Source of the DNA: a virus
IMG/VR virus record: IMGVR_UViG_3300025006_000320
DNA: 64,000 bases
Strand: one strand, 5' to 3'
Part shown: positions 1 to 8,468 of the stretch, piece after piece
Layout of the letters: each line of letters opens with the position of its first letter
Position numbering within the stretch: position 1 is the first letter of the stretch
Position numbers and translations under genes: made by a program
Notes under the pieces: model-generated
Told to the model about the DNA's origin: nothing
Databases searched by the model: none
Seen by the model: the letters and a program-made list of their open reading frames with translations, nothing else

Positions 1-626
1 CTCTGATACTCATCAGAAGTAAGAGGATCTGGAATGGGTCTTTCTTTTGCGAGAGGGGTAATACCTGCCATCAGATCGGTTTTCAGGTATCCACTTTTGA
101 AAGCAAAGCTCAGCATCCCGCCAAGGCATGCCATATAGCTATTGACTGTAGGAACGCTTCTTCCCTTTTTGGGTGGATGATTTAGGCCATGTCTGGTCTT
201 CTGCCAGCCGTTCAGTAGCTCCTTCCTGGCACTAAGGATATCTTCAGTGTTCAGGCTGCCGATATACCTGTGCTCACCAATTGTTTCGATAGTGGTTGTG
301 AGGTGGCAATCGTAACGCCTCAACGTCCCGAGGCTAAGCTCCATCTCTTTAAGCCCAAGCCATTTCGATTTCAGTTCAAGTAGTGAGATTTGCTTTCTGA
401 CAGTGCTGAATTTCTCTGCGTTCGATGAATCAGGGAATTGCGAGGCATAATTGAATGTGCCTGTCTTTATCGCAAAGCAGACTGAAGCCCGAAGTTCGCC
501 TGCCATTTTCCTGTTTTTTGGCGTGTCAGGAACGCCGAGATTTTCCCTGACACGCTTCCCCTGATATATGAACCATATGCGTAACGATTCGCCATGAACC
601 TCTACACCTGTTGGGTATGCTGCCAT
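1..626 (-). CDS. int: Tyrosine integrase, 5' part only (cut by the window start; full copy at 45659..46939)
   Basis: Identical to the 5' end of the full integrase ORF. Confidence 0.9.
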   Translation of the reverse strand, partial: MAAYPTGVEVHGESLRIWFIYQGKRVRENLGVPDTPKNRKMAGELRASVCFAIKTGTFNYASQFPDSSNAEKFSTVRKQISLLELKSKWLGLKEMELSLGTLRRYDCHLTTTIETIGEHRYIGSLNTEDILSARKELLNGWQKTRHGLNHPPKKGRSVPTVNSYMACLGGMLSFAFKSGYLKTDLMAGITPLAKERPIPDPLTSDEYQ

Positions 627-658
627 AATCATTCCTCGTTTGATGTGCCAAAGGACAT

Positions 659-907
659 TTAAGCAGATATTCTCCGGCGTTTCGCTGGGCTTTGGTGCTC
701 GATCCAGTGGTTTATCTCATCGCGGTTATACATGATTGGGCTGTTTTGCTTAGGTGCCATATCAGGGGCAACATGGCGATAATGCTTCCCCTCCATCCAG
801 GTAGACCGGCGGGCATGCTGAATCATGTGCTTTGACATGCCGGTTGTCGCAGTTAAAAGTTCCTCTGTGACCCATTTATTCGGTACCAGCTGAATAATGT
901 CGCTCAT
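659..907 (-). CDS. xis: Excisionase (DUF1233-type)
   Basis: 82 aa directly upstream of int; W.EG.HYR..P and IMYNRDEI..W pattern of this Xis family. Confidence 0.8.
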   Translation of the reverse strand: MSDIIQLVPNKWVTEELLTATTGMSKHMIQHARRSTWMEGKHYRHVAPDMAPKQNSPIMYNRDEINHWIEHQSPAKRRRISA

Positions 908-921
908 GGTTTTCTCCAGGC

Positions 922-945
922 AAAAAGAAGCCGCCCGTAGGCGGC
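922..945 (-). terminator. Intrinsic terminator upstream of xis-int
   Basis: Minus strand GCCGCC-TACG-GGCGGC then TTCTTTTT. Confidence 0.75.
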
Positions 946-1015
946 AATAACATCAAGGGATGTGAGGCGGTGCTTTCGCACCCAATAGCCAGCTCATAAC
1001 TGGCTATCAGTTGCG

Positions 1016-1246
1016 TCAGTCGTCTTCGTCTTCGTCCCAGTCCTCGTCGTAATATGGCGAGGCGAGAAGGGGGTTAGTTGCTGAGAGAATCTCTCCGGCG
1101 GCGCCCTGCCGCTGAAGTCGACGAAGTGCTTTGTAAAGCTGAAATGCCTCGGTTCGCTCTTCACCTATATCGAGGGCGCATGCAACCTTGTGCGCCTCGG
1201 TTACCAGAGTTGATAGCTGGTTTCGGATGTCCTGAATGGTGCTCAT
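1016..1246 (-). CDS. Hypothetical phage protein with acidic tail
   Basis: 76 aa, AGGAG SD, ends YYDEDWDEDEDD. Confidence 0.75.
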   Translation of the reverse strand: MSTIQDIRNQLSTLVTEAHKVACALDIGEERTEAFQLYKALRRLQRQGAAGEILSATNPLLASPYYDEDWDEDEDD

Positions 1247-1254
1247 AGTTCTCC

Positions 1255-1494
1255 TTACGCCGCACGCTGGGCGCGCAGATTCTTCAGGTGTTCTGCTGTT
1301 TCAATTTCTTCGACGATCCGCTCGGCCTGTGCTTTGGTCAGCGGCTCGAATTCGTGCTGAAAGCGGCCCATGCTGGCGATGCAGGTGCGACCGTTGCGGA
1401 CGTAGTGGATTACTTCGTGGGTGGAGCGGAGGATTTTGCAGGGCGAGCCGTGGGGATCGGCGTACCAGGTATTAGGCTGGATTATCCTGAACAT
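1255..1494 (-). CDS. Small phage protein, DUF4222-like
   Basis: 79 aa; W.D..G..C.I and GRF..EFEP pattern. Confidence 0.6.
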   Translation of the reverse strand: MFRIIQPNTWYADPHGSPCKILRSTHEVIHYVRNGRTCIASMGRFQHEFEPLTKAQAERIVEEIETAEHLKNLRAQRAA

Positions 1495-1498
1495 TGGT

Positions 1499-1894
1499 TC
1501 ACTCCTGCGGTTCCTGCATCACCTGCACTTTTTTGCTACTCCTGCGCTTTTTCGCGGCTCCTGCATCTGTTTGTTGCTCCTGCAGCATGAGGAAAACTAC
1601 CGCGACCGCACGCAGAGGGTTCCGGTGAGTAGAGGTGATGCCCGATTCGTGTGTTGCCGTCCAAACGGTTTTTCCTGATGGGATGAGGCCGATCCGGCGT
1701 TTCTTCATTTCGGTGAATAGCTCTTCCGCTCGGCGTAGCGGGAAGTAACCAGTATTCTGGACGGTTTTGAACCAGTTCCATGACAGCTGGGCGCCGGTAT
1801 TTTCATGCGGGTGAATAGTGGCGGTGTACTTTGGCTTCAGGAAATATGCGAGCCTGACACTGATTTCACCGTCACTGAGCTTGGTGTAATCCAT
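1499..1894 (-). CDS. ninX: NinX-family protein with C-terminal extension
   Basis: MDY..LSD.EI start and NPLRA..VVFLMLQE motif; TGATG overlap with the upstream gene. Confidence 0.65.
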   Translation of the reverse strand: MDYTKLSDGEISVRLAYFLKPKYTATIHPHENTGAQLSWNWFKTVQNTGYFPLRRAEELFTEMKKRRIGLIPSGKTVWTATHESGITSTHRNPLRAVAVVFLMLQEQQTDAGAAKKRRSSKKVQVMQEPQE

Positions 1895-2109
1895 CAAGCC
1901 CCCCTTTGCTTGCGTATAAGCTCCAGGTCAGCCTGGCAACTGGCGCAGGTCTGGCAGCCGGGAACGGCAGCGCGCCGCGGCTCGGGAATTGGTTCGTCGC
2001 ATTCTTCACAACGCTCAGCTGATACGGCGTTGCGGTTCAGGCGGTGAGCGGAAAGGGCGGCGTTACGCTGAAGCTCTTCAATCTCTGCTGCTGTGTCGAT
2101 GATGTCCAT
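1894..2109 (-). CDS. TraR/DksA C4 zinc-finger protein
   Basis: DIIDTA (DxxDxA) and CEEC...CQTCASC; GGAG SD 8 nt before the ATG at 2109. Confidence 0.9.
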   Translation of the reverse strand: MDIIDTAAEIEELQRNAALSAHRLNRNAVSAERCEECDEPIPEPRRAAVPGCQTCASCQADLELIRKQRGA

Positions 2110-2111
2110 GG

Positions 2112-2204
2112 TCAATGCTCCCGGAACTGTCGGTTAATTCGGTTGAAGGTGAACGCCAGCAATAAAAAAGGAGCCTTAAGCTCCAGGGTGATTTGCGTTT
2201 TCAT
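2112..2204 (-). CDS. 30-aa small protein MKTQITLELKAPFLLLAFTFNRINRQFREH
   Basis: Fills the gap between neighbours; ATGA overlap with the upstream gene. Confidence 0.45.
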   Translation of the reverse strand: MKTQITLELKAPFLLLAFTFNRINRQFREH

Positions 2205-2521
2205 AGTGGGTTTCTTTTGGGTTTGCTTTTCGCAGCTCCAGCAAAAAACAGAGCGTAGACGAGAGCGGAGGCCGCTAATGCCGTATGGTCTGTGACGATG
2301 AGGGCATAAATTGTCATCACGGATAGAGGAATGCTTAGCCACAAATATTTCATTTCCTCAAGCACGAACTCATGGGTGAGGGCTCCGCAGAAAACCCCAA
2401 TCCACGCCAAAACAGAAATAACCAGGTACGAGTAATAGGCAAACTGCTGCGCCTGCTCGTTACCGAAAAGAAGACATCCAATAATGGCAAGGCTAATTGC
2501 CGTTGATAATATTTTGCTCAT
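2201..2521 (-). CDS. Membrane protein, about 4 hydrophobic segments
   Basis: 106 aa, strongly hydrophobic, ATGA overlaps. Confidence 0.7.
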   Translation of the reverse strand: MSKILSTAISLAIIGCLLFGNEQAQQFAYYSYLVISVLAWIGVFCGALTHEFVLEEMKYLWLSIPLSVMTIYALIVTDHTALAASALVYALFFAGAAKSKPKRNPL

Positions 2522-2709
2522 GCTGCACCGCCTTCATTCTTCTCGGCTTCGACCGCCATCTGCTCAAGCCGTCGCGATAACTCGGCGGCCAGCGTCTGGA
2601 ATTCTTCTTCGGTAGCCACCGGGATCGGCACAAAGCGAATCCCGATGTGCGCGAGGTGGTTGGCTATTTCGAGGCTTTTCCTCAAATCAACGGGTGAGGC
2701 TCTGTTCAT
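2518..2709 (-). CDS. DUF1382-like protein
   Basis: ASPVDLR.SLEIA..LA.IGIRFVPIPV.T.EEF..L pattern. Confidence 0.7.
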   Translation of the reverse strand: MNRASPVDLRKSLEIANHLAHIGIRFVPIPVATEEEFQTLAAELSRRLEQMAVEAEKNEGGAA

Positions 2710-3572
2710 GCGACTTTCTCCCCGGGTAATGGTTTCAGACCGTCATTCAACGTGCGCTCAAGGTTGGACAATATTCCTCGCAACCTCTTAATCTCTTCAT
2801 CCTCGGTGAGTCGGCGCGCTGCTTCCCATAGCGTCCTTGTAAGAACATACATAGGGACATTCGGGTCGAGGCCAAGCGCTTTCGCCAGATCTTGCTGAGC
2901 GTCGGTTAACCTTTCCTCCGATTCCTCCCGGCGCTTACGTCGGCGTTGCAACTCCTCTTCACTTTCTTGGCGCAGGTTCTTCAGCCTTTCATCGTTATCC
3001 CTAATATGCTGCTCAAGGCGCTCCTTAGACCGATGTGCTCGACAAACAAGATCGGCGATTTCATTGCCATGTCGCTTCATTAGTTTTTGGTCGCTGAGGT
3101 AGGTATTGATTACGCGGCTTTTTATTTGGGTTCTTTCTGCCTGCCGGGTCATGCCATCCATAAGCAGCTTCATCCAGGCATCGCGAGGAAGGGTATCAAT
3201 CTGGCGCATTGTCGGCCCCTTGAGGGTATGCCATCCAGTTTCCTTCCGGATCATCAAGCCGCAACCATCTGGGATGTCGCTTTTCTTGAGCATGCCTTCA
3301 GGAACAGCAAAAACAACGCCACCTGCGTAGTTGAAGTATTTGGTGTATTTGCCTGCTGTAACGTCAGCCCGGAAATCACTAACGCTAACTTTGACCTCAT
3401 AGACGACAGGGCAGAACTTGCTGTAGCTGTGAGCAATAGAGTAGACATCGGGTCGACACGTACCGGCGGGCCCTAGCTGCATGTCCTCCCAGCAGATGCG
3501 CGCTGTGTTCTGGCGCAAATGCTCTGCAAGGTCATGAGCAAGCTCGTTATGACCCCATTTTTTTGTTGTCAT
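2706..3572 (-). CDS. MmcB-like PD-(D/E)xK nuclease with C-terminal coiled coil
   Basis: RPDV...YEVKVSVSDFRAD...KY..Y...VVFAVP motifs. Confidence 0.65.
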   Translation of the reverse strand: MTTKKWGHNELAHDLAEHLRQNTARICWEDMQLGPAGTCRPDVYSIAHSYSKFCPVVYEVKVSVSDFRADVTAGKYTKYFNYAGGVVFAVPEGMLKKSDIPDGCGLMIRKETGWHTLKGPTMRQIDTLPRDAWMKLLMDGMTRQAERTQIKSRVINTYLSDQKLMKRHGNEIADLVCRAHRSKERLEQHIRDNDERLKNLRQESEEELQRRRKRREESEERLTDAQQDLAKALGLDPNVPMYVLTRTLWEAARRLTEDEEIKRLRGILSNLERTLNDGLKPLPGEKVA

Positions 3573-3787
3573 TGTTCGGCTCCAAACCGCCCGTTAAGGC
3601 GGCCAGTTTTGACGACGAACTCCAGGAGGCTAACTCCCAGAGCTTCAATTTTCTTGTGATGTTTGTTGATGATGGGAGGCACCGTTTCGTTCCAGTTAGG
3701 CTTTGGCTTCTTGCGCATGGCCTGCTGGATTTCCTCGGTGCAGCGGCGGCAGGCTGCGCGAATGGCGTTTTCATTTGCTGGCGTCAT
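3569..3787 (-). CDS. Hypothetical protein
   Basis: 72 aa, ATGA overlaps on both sides. Confidence 0.7.
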   Translation of the reverse strand: MTPANENAIRAACRRCTEEIQQAMRKKPKPNWNETVPPIINKHHKKIEALGVSLLEFVVKTGRLNGRFGAEQ

Positions 3788-4335
3788 GCGGCCTCCCGGC
3801 GGGCGAGAAGTTTCACCCCGAAAGCCATCAGCTCGTCCCGGTCCATAGTTGCGAAGTGGCAGTGTGTACGCGGATACGGTCGCCAGATGATGAGCATCGA
3901 CCCTTTGTTGTTGCCGCTTACCGGCTTACCGGTGACCGGGTTAATAAATGCCAGCCGCCCGGCGGTGATGAGGCGAACCTCGCTAGCTGTCTGGATAGCC
4001 TCTTTGAACCAGCTAACCGAAGTGTCTGCCGGTACCAGCATTACCGTGCCGATCTGATTGGAGCTCTCGGCGGCTGCCTTCTTAACAAACGGTGTAATGT
4101 CGCTGTATGGTGGGTTCAGCCAAACGTAGCCAGGAATGCTCAGGTAATCAGCCCATGGCGTTTCCAGAGTGTTCTGCTCGGCGGTGATGAACTTTCGGCA
4201 CAGCGCGTTATGCGGCGCCGCGGCGGCATCCAGTTGAAAGCAAAACTCAGCATCAAGGGAGGCGAAAAGGGCGGGTGGAGTGCGCCATAGGTCACGCTGA
4301 TCCGCTGGGGTGTTGCTGCCGGTGTAATCGGTCAT
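3784..4335 (-). CDS. dam: Phage DNA N6-adenine methyltransferase
   Basis: DLWRTP, F.LDAAA and WLNPPYS motifs. Confidence 0.9.
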   Translation of the reverse strand: MTDYTGSNTPADQRDLWRTPPALFASLDAEFCFQLDAAAAPHNALCRKFITAEQNTLETPWADYLSIPGYVWLNPPYSDITPFVKKAAAESSNQIGTVMLVPADTSVSWFKEAIQTASEVRLITAGRLAFINPVTGKPVSGNNKGSMLIIWRPYPRTHCHFATMDRDELMAFGVKLLARREAA

Positions 4336-4499
4336 ACATCCTCCCGCTCCGGATCGTTAACATCCCAGCCATTACGCTCAATATTTGTTTTCAGCCGCTT
4401 ATCTCCGACCTCTTCAATGCTGCGGCCGGTAATCTCCGCGACTTCAGCGTTTGAGTGTCGCCACAGCAGCGCAAGCTCTTCGAGTGACCACGCTTTCAT
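4332..4499 (-). CDS. 55-aa hypothetical protein MKAWSLEELALLW... (not in track)
   Basis: Open frame with ATGA overlaps to both neighbours. Confidence 0.7.
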   Translation of the reverse strand: MKAWSLEELALLWRHSNAEVAEITGRSIEEVGDKRLKTNIERNGWDVNDPEREDV

Positions 4500-4924
4500 A
4501 GCACTGACTCCATTTCGTCGATGTAGAGGCCCTGAGCAATCAGGCGTCGACGGCGGGCGGCACGTTCAATGCACTCCTGCCGTCTGCCTTCCTGCGATTG
4601 TTCAATGGCGCGCCGGGTGAACAGCCGCGATTTGCCCTGCGGCGTTACAACCTTCGGCTTCGTTACGAGGTCGAAAGTGCGGTCACAGATACCGTCTTCG
4701 TTGAGCCATTTTTCCGACTCAACGATCTGCGCTATCTGTCCGGTGCCGCGGGTGATGCCGTTGGCCACCCTGTTAAACTCGATGAGCGTTACGCCAAACT
4801 TCTCGGCGATTTCGCTGCCCGTTACCGGGCGGCCGCGCGTCTGAATCATCCAGATAACGCGTTCACGGAGGCCGGAAAATTGCCCGGTTCGCCCGGGCCT
4901 GCGGTAAAAGGGTGTGCGTTTCAT
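4496..4924 (-). CDS. Winged-HTH-like protein
   Basis: RERVIWMI....RPVTGSEIAEKFGV. Confidence 0.6.
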   Translation of the reverse strand: MKRTPFYRRPGRTGQFSGLRERVIWMIQTRGRPVTGSEIAEKFGVTLIEFNRVANGITRGTGQIAQIVESEKWLNEDGICDRTFDLVTKPKVVTPQGKSRLFTRRAIEQSQEGRRQECIERAARRRRLIAQGLYIDEMESVL

Positions 4925-5544
4925 TCGATCTCCAGGATGCGGTGCTTCGTGTCCGCAACAAGTTCGAGGAAGTCTTTTCGGCGCGCCCGAAGCCGGGCTA
5001 TTTCTGATTCACATTCGGCAGCTGTAAGGCGATAGACGATGAGCTGTTTACCGTCCGGGAAGTCTGAGCAGTAGCTGATGAAGTCCACCCAATCCCTGCC
5101 AGAGCAATCAAGGTGACCGATCAGTTGCCATCTGTATGCAGGGTCGAAGGAGCCGCGGGTGAGGGTGGAGTAGTGAGTGGCGGCAATGACCGACTTAATC
5201 TCAACGAGCCCGTCCAGTCCAACGAGTCCGTCGGGGCTGTCACCGTACGTTTCGTGATCAAAGAATCCGCCGTTATCCACATCGACGAAGTTCATCTCTT
5301 CGTACAGCATGCGGGCAATAGGCTCCTGTTCGTGCCCGCGCTCCATGTGCTCATTTGAGAAGCCAAACTCAGACTTGCACCCCTTAATCTGCTCCAGAGC
5401 CAACTGTATAGCGTAACGCTTGGCCGGTTCGCCAAACGCTTTCCCATCGTTAGCCATGATCAGGCCGAAGTTTGAAGCAGTGGCCTTACCCAGGCGAAGA
5501 GCATCCCACTCTTCACCGTTTTGCTCGACGTCGTGCCAGATCAT
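4921..5544 (-). CDS. YqaJ/lambda-exonuclease family protein
   Basis: Q.GEEW..LRLG..TAS, GHEQEP.AR, SPDGLV, EIK motifs. Confidence 0.9.
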   Translation of the reverse strand: MIWHDVEQNGEEWDALRLGKATASNFGLIMANDGKAFGEPAKRYAIQLALEQIKGCKSEFGFSNEHMERGHEQEPIARMLYEEMNFVDVDNGGFFDHETYGDSPDGLVGLDGLVEIKSVIAATHYSTLTRGSFDPAYRWQLIGHLDCSGRDWVDFISYCSDFPDGKQLIVYRLTAAECESEIARLRARRKDFLELVADTKHRILEIE

Positions 5545-6044
5545 GATGAACACTCCTGCTCAAGTTGGCGGCGATATTCTGGAGAAATGTCCATTCTCGC
5601 CAGCACTGCATCAAGGTTGCCATCGCGCTTGAAGGCGGCCTTAGCGTTATTCCATGCCTGCGTTTTTTCCGGTGAAAGCACCGGCTTTGTAACGCGTGCC
5701 GGGCTTAAGCGGAGGCCTTCAACCGATTCCTTTCCGAACCGGACATTTTTATCGACGTAAACAGTGACCTTTACGCCAACCCAATCTTCAAGGAATGGCG
5801 AGCCGGTAATGCTTTTCAGCATCTTGCTGTTCGTGGCATTCAGAATCATCGGCTTGAGCTTTTCGCCAGGGCGCAGCTCGCGCTCTTCAAAATAAGCAGT
5901 GTTAAAAACGTCTTTGGATTTTTTTGTTTTGTCGTTTTCTAACGTTGCCCGGGCGATCGTCAGCACCGTTGGCTCAACGATATCGGCGCTGCTCAGGTAA
6001 GGGGAGTCAAAAGCTTTTCGGTAGTGAGTTTTAGTTTCAGACAT
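5541..6044 (-). CDS. Hypothetical protein in the bet/erf position; candidate ssDNA-binding or annealing protein
   Basis: Directly upstream of the exonuclease; AAGGA SD 8 nt before the ATG at 6044. Confidence 0.5.
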   Translation of the reverse strand: MSETKTHYRKAFDSPYLSSADIVEPTVLTIARATLENDKTKKSKDVFNTAYFEERELRPGEKLKPMILNATNSKMLKSITGSPFLEDWVGVKVTVYVDKNVRFGKESVEGLRLSPARVTKPVLSPEKTQAWNNAKAAFKRDGNLDAVLARMDISPEYRRQLEQECSS

Positions 6045-6055
6045 TTCATGCATCC

Positions 6056-6340
6056 TTAAAACGGGCAGCCGGTACGGTGTTCCCAGTCGTATTCCGCCTG
6101 GGCGTAAGCAACTGCTGAAATGAAATCGTTGTAGGCCTCGCCAGCTTTATCGCTGCGAAGTCCTTCGTATGGGCTGGAGTCAATCGGGATCGTGAAGTGG
6201 AAGAGGCCTGACGGCTCTTTCGGCATCATGTCGATGATTTTCTGCGCCCGGTCGTCGATCCACTTCTCTTTCTCGTCGGTGATCTGCTGCTCAGCCCAGC
6301 GCCGATCTTCGATGCGGTCGTAAGTGAGGTATGCGTTCAT
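6056..6340 (-). CDS. Hypothetical protein (94 aa)
   Basis: GAGG SD before the ATG at 6340. Confidence 0.75.
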   Translation of the reverse strand: MNAYLTYDRIEDRRWAEQQITDEKEKWIDDRAQKIIDMMPKEPSGLFHFTIPIDSSPYEGLRSDKAGEAYNDFISAVAYAQAEYDWEHRTGCPF

Positions 6341-6347
6341 GGTTGCC

Positions 6348-7316
6348 TCAATATTTGATGTGCGCGTCCTGCACTTTGCCGCCAGCAATCGCCAGCAGTG
6401 CTTTCTGCGCGAATTCTTCAGGGATGCCCTGATTAATTAGGTCGGCGATGACGCGACTATTGACAGTGCGGCGGTGCTCCTTGTCTGCGGCGCGGCGCGC
6501 TTCTTCTTCAGCTTTGCGCTGCTCTTCGGCTAGACGGGCGGCTTCTGCCTCTTCCAGGCGGCGGCGCTCGGCGGCAACGGCTTCTTCTTTTTCGCGGCGC
6601 GCACGCGCTTCCGCTTCCTGCTTCTCGCGTGCCGCACGCTGTTCCGCTTCAATGCGCTGGCGCTCCGCCAGTTCAGCGCGGGCTTTCTCTTCGGCTTCAC
6701 GGCGCGCTGCGGCTTCAATCTCCGCTTTGTGCTTCGCTTCGGCATCGCGGCGGGCTTGTTCTGCCGCTTCACGCTTAATACGCTCTTCATGCTCACGTTG
6801 AGCTTGTTCCGCCATGCGGCGCTGCTCTTCGCGGTCACGGTCGAAATCCTTATTCATCAGCAGAGCCATTTCGTGGTCCGCTTCAAACTTGTCCGCCAGC
6901 TCCTGATCGAACTTGATGTTCATTTCCAGAGCTTCGGCGTGCAGCGCGTTCATGGCTTCTTCAGCCTTGATACGTTCCTGCTCGGCTTCCCATTCGGTGA
7001 GTGGGCGGCGGGTCGCATCGCGCAGCTCGTCACAGGCATCAACAAATCGCTTAATTTCGGCCTCAGCCGGACGCACAGCCTCTTTAAGGCGCTTCAGGTA
7101 CTCACGGCCTGGCTTTTCGATTGCCGTCTTGCTGCGGGATACCTGCGCCGCCAGAGAGGCTACTCGGTCACGCCCCTTCTTCGTGGACAGGTCCGGCACT
7201 TCGTTTACTGCCTGGCGGATTTGCTCGAGGTAAGCATCAAGGCCGCCCGCTACGTAAAGTACTGGCGCCTGCTCCGGCTTGATTTCGATGACAGTTAAGT
7301 CCGTTACTTCGCTCAT
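6348..7316 (-). CDS. Long coiled-coil (A/E/R-rich) phage protein
   Basis: 322 aa, AGGAG SD, EAR-rich helical C-terminal half. Confidence 0.8.
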   Translation of the reverse strand: MSEVTDLTVIEIKPEQAPVLYVAGGLDAYLEQIRQAVNEVPDLSTKKGRDRVASLAAQVSRSKTAIEKPGREYLKRLKEAVRPAEAEIKRFVDACDELRDATRRPLTEWEAEQERIKAEEAMNALHAEALEMNIKFDQELADKFEADHEMALLMNKDFDRDREEQRRMAEQAQREHEERIKREAAEQARRDAEAKHKAEIEAAARREAEEKARAELAERQRIEAEQRAAREKQEAEARARREKEEAVAAERRRLEEAEAARLAEEQRKAEEEARRAADKEHRRTVNSRVIADLINQGIPEEFAQKALLAIAGGKVQDAHIKY

Positions 7317-7386
7317 GGTTTCTCCTGAAATTTGGATGTGCAGATCCCGCCCGCTTTTAGCCAGGCCGATCGGTTGAATAGGGTGG

Positions 7387-7833
7387 TTACTTAGAAAGTT
7401 TTGAGTTCCAGGACTCTATGGCAGAAATTGGTGAGTCGAAGGTAACAGGGGCAATCCATCCGCAGCACTTCAATTGGAACTGATTGAGGATGTATGGCTC
7501 AGGACCAATCCTGCAGCCTCGATCCCATTCGAACGCTTTAATTACGGGCTGTCGTTTGCAAAATGGACACTCTGTTGTGTCAGGGAGATTTTCGAAAGAA
7601 ATGTCCGGTAACGATCCATCATCCTCAGCCCATTGAAGTTCGCCTGGCACAACAACCGAATATCCGTCCCAACGGTCAAATTCAGGAGAAAGAACATCTT
7701 CGTAACCAGCGCCACGAAGGCGAAATTTAGCTCGGGCAATAACGACAAGCCCTTTAACTTTTCGGCTACCCATTCGCCACATATAAACACCGGCGGAATC
7801 AGGCTTGCGTTCAGAGTATTTAACCCATTGCAT
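7387..7833 (-). CDS. Protein with C-terminal Lar-like zinc domain
   Basis: CPFCK...KCCGW...AIESWN pattern of the restriction-alleviation Lar family; GGAGG SD. Confidence 0.5.
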   Translation of the reverse strand: MQWVKYSERKPDSAGVYMWRMGSRKVKGLVVIARAKFRLRGAGYEDVLSPEFDRWDGYSVVVPGELQWAEDDGSLPDISFENLPDTTECPFCKRQPVIKAFEWDRGCRIGPEPYILNQFQLKCCGWIAPVTFDSPISAIESWNSKLSK

Positions 7834-7990
7834 GCTCACCTCCGCGCTGATTCGTCTTTGCCCGATGCCACGGATAACCTATGGCAACCTTCATTTCGTC
7901 GTAGGCTGCCATCCACATGGCGCCATCACCGATAAACAGGGCGATGGCTGCTTTACTCTGCGCGGCGCGCAGCAGGTGATGATTGATCAT
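7820..7990 (-). CDS. kil: Lambda-type Kil cell-division inhibitor (56 aa, not in track)
   Basis: MINHHLLRAAQSKAAIALFIGDGAMW resembles lambda Kil (..AIQTKFTIATFIGDEKMF). Confidence 0.75.
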   Translation of the reverse strand: MINHHLLRAAQSKAAIALFIGDGAMWMAAYDEMKVAIGYPWHRAKTNQRGGEHAMG

Positions 7991-8145
7991 GCCTTCACCT
8001 CAACCTGTTCAAGGAGGCCAGCCAGCTTCATGTGCCAGCGGTTCATCGTCAGCTTCTCGCGCGGATTCGATACCGACGTCAGCTGCCACTCGTTATCGTT
8101 GAGCTTTTTGGCGGTGTACTGCTTGCCGTTGTGGGTGACTGTCAT
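7987..8145 (-). CDS. 52-aa hypothetical protein MTVTHNGKQYTAKK... (not in track)
   Basis: GGAGG SD, ATGA overlap with kil. Confidence 0.7.
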   Translation of the reverse strand: MTVTHNGKQYTAKKLNDNEWQLTSVSNPREKLTMNRWHMKLAGLLEQVEVKA

Positions 8146-8399
8146 GATGCCTCCCGGGCGTGGAGCATTGCATCAGCCAGCAGGTAAGCTCTTGATGCTA
8201 TCCCATCAACAGTTTCGAAGTAGGCCCCTTCAGGCTCTCCATCAGCACCTCGCGCAGCAACTATCAGCGCTTTTGCAGCGAAATAATCGCGCAATGTCAT
8301 GCCGCCAGAGCTGACTTCGAAACCATGTAAGTGACCAACTTCGTCGCGCTCCACGATAGAATCGCACGGGAAAGCGCGCCCTCCAGTTTTATTGCTCAT
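8142..8399 (-). CDS. Conserved phage hypothetical protein (GG.AFP...GMTLRDYFAAKA...ADAML)
   Basis: GAGGA SD before the ATG at 8399; widespread motif. Confidence 0.75.
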   Translation of the reverse strand: MSNKTGGRAFPCDSIVERDEVGHLHGFEVSSGGMTLRDYFAAKALIVAARGADGEPEGAYFETVDGIASRAYLLADAMLHAREAS

Positions 8400-8468
8400 A
8401 AATCCTCTTGGCCTTATCGCGGCGAACGGAACGGTTAATACAAGACTTCTGCGCTTGTGCGGCAAAAC

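Noticed and set aside
659-960. CII-dependent pI promoter for int
   Set aside because: No TTGC-N6-TTNN pair with a properly spaced -10 was found. A similar pair at the Q start (18752-18765) also lacks a usable -10.
6448-7298. Several long plus-strand ORFs opposite the coiled-coil gene, and similar shadow ORFs across the structural genes
   Set aside because: They are low-complexity antisense shadows of Ala/Glu/Arg-rich or codon-biased genes, with no SD or family motifs.
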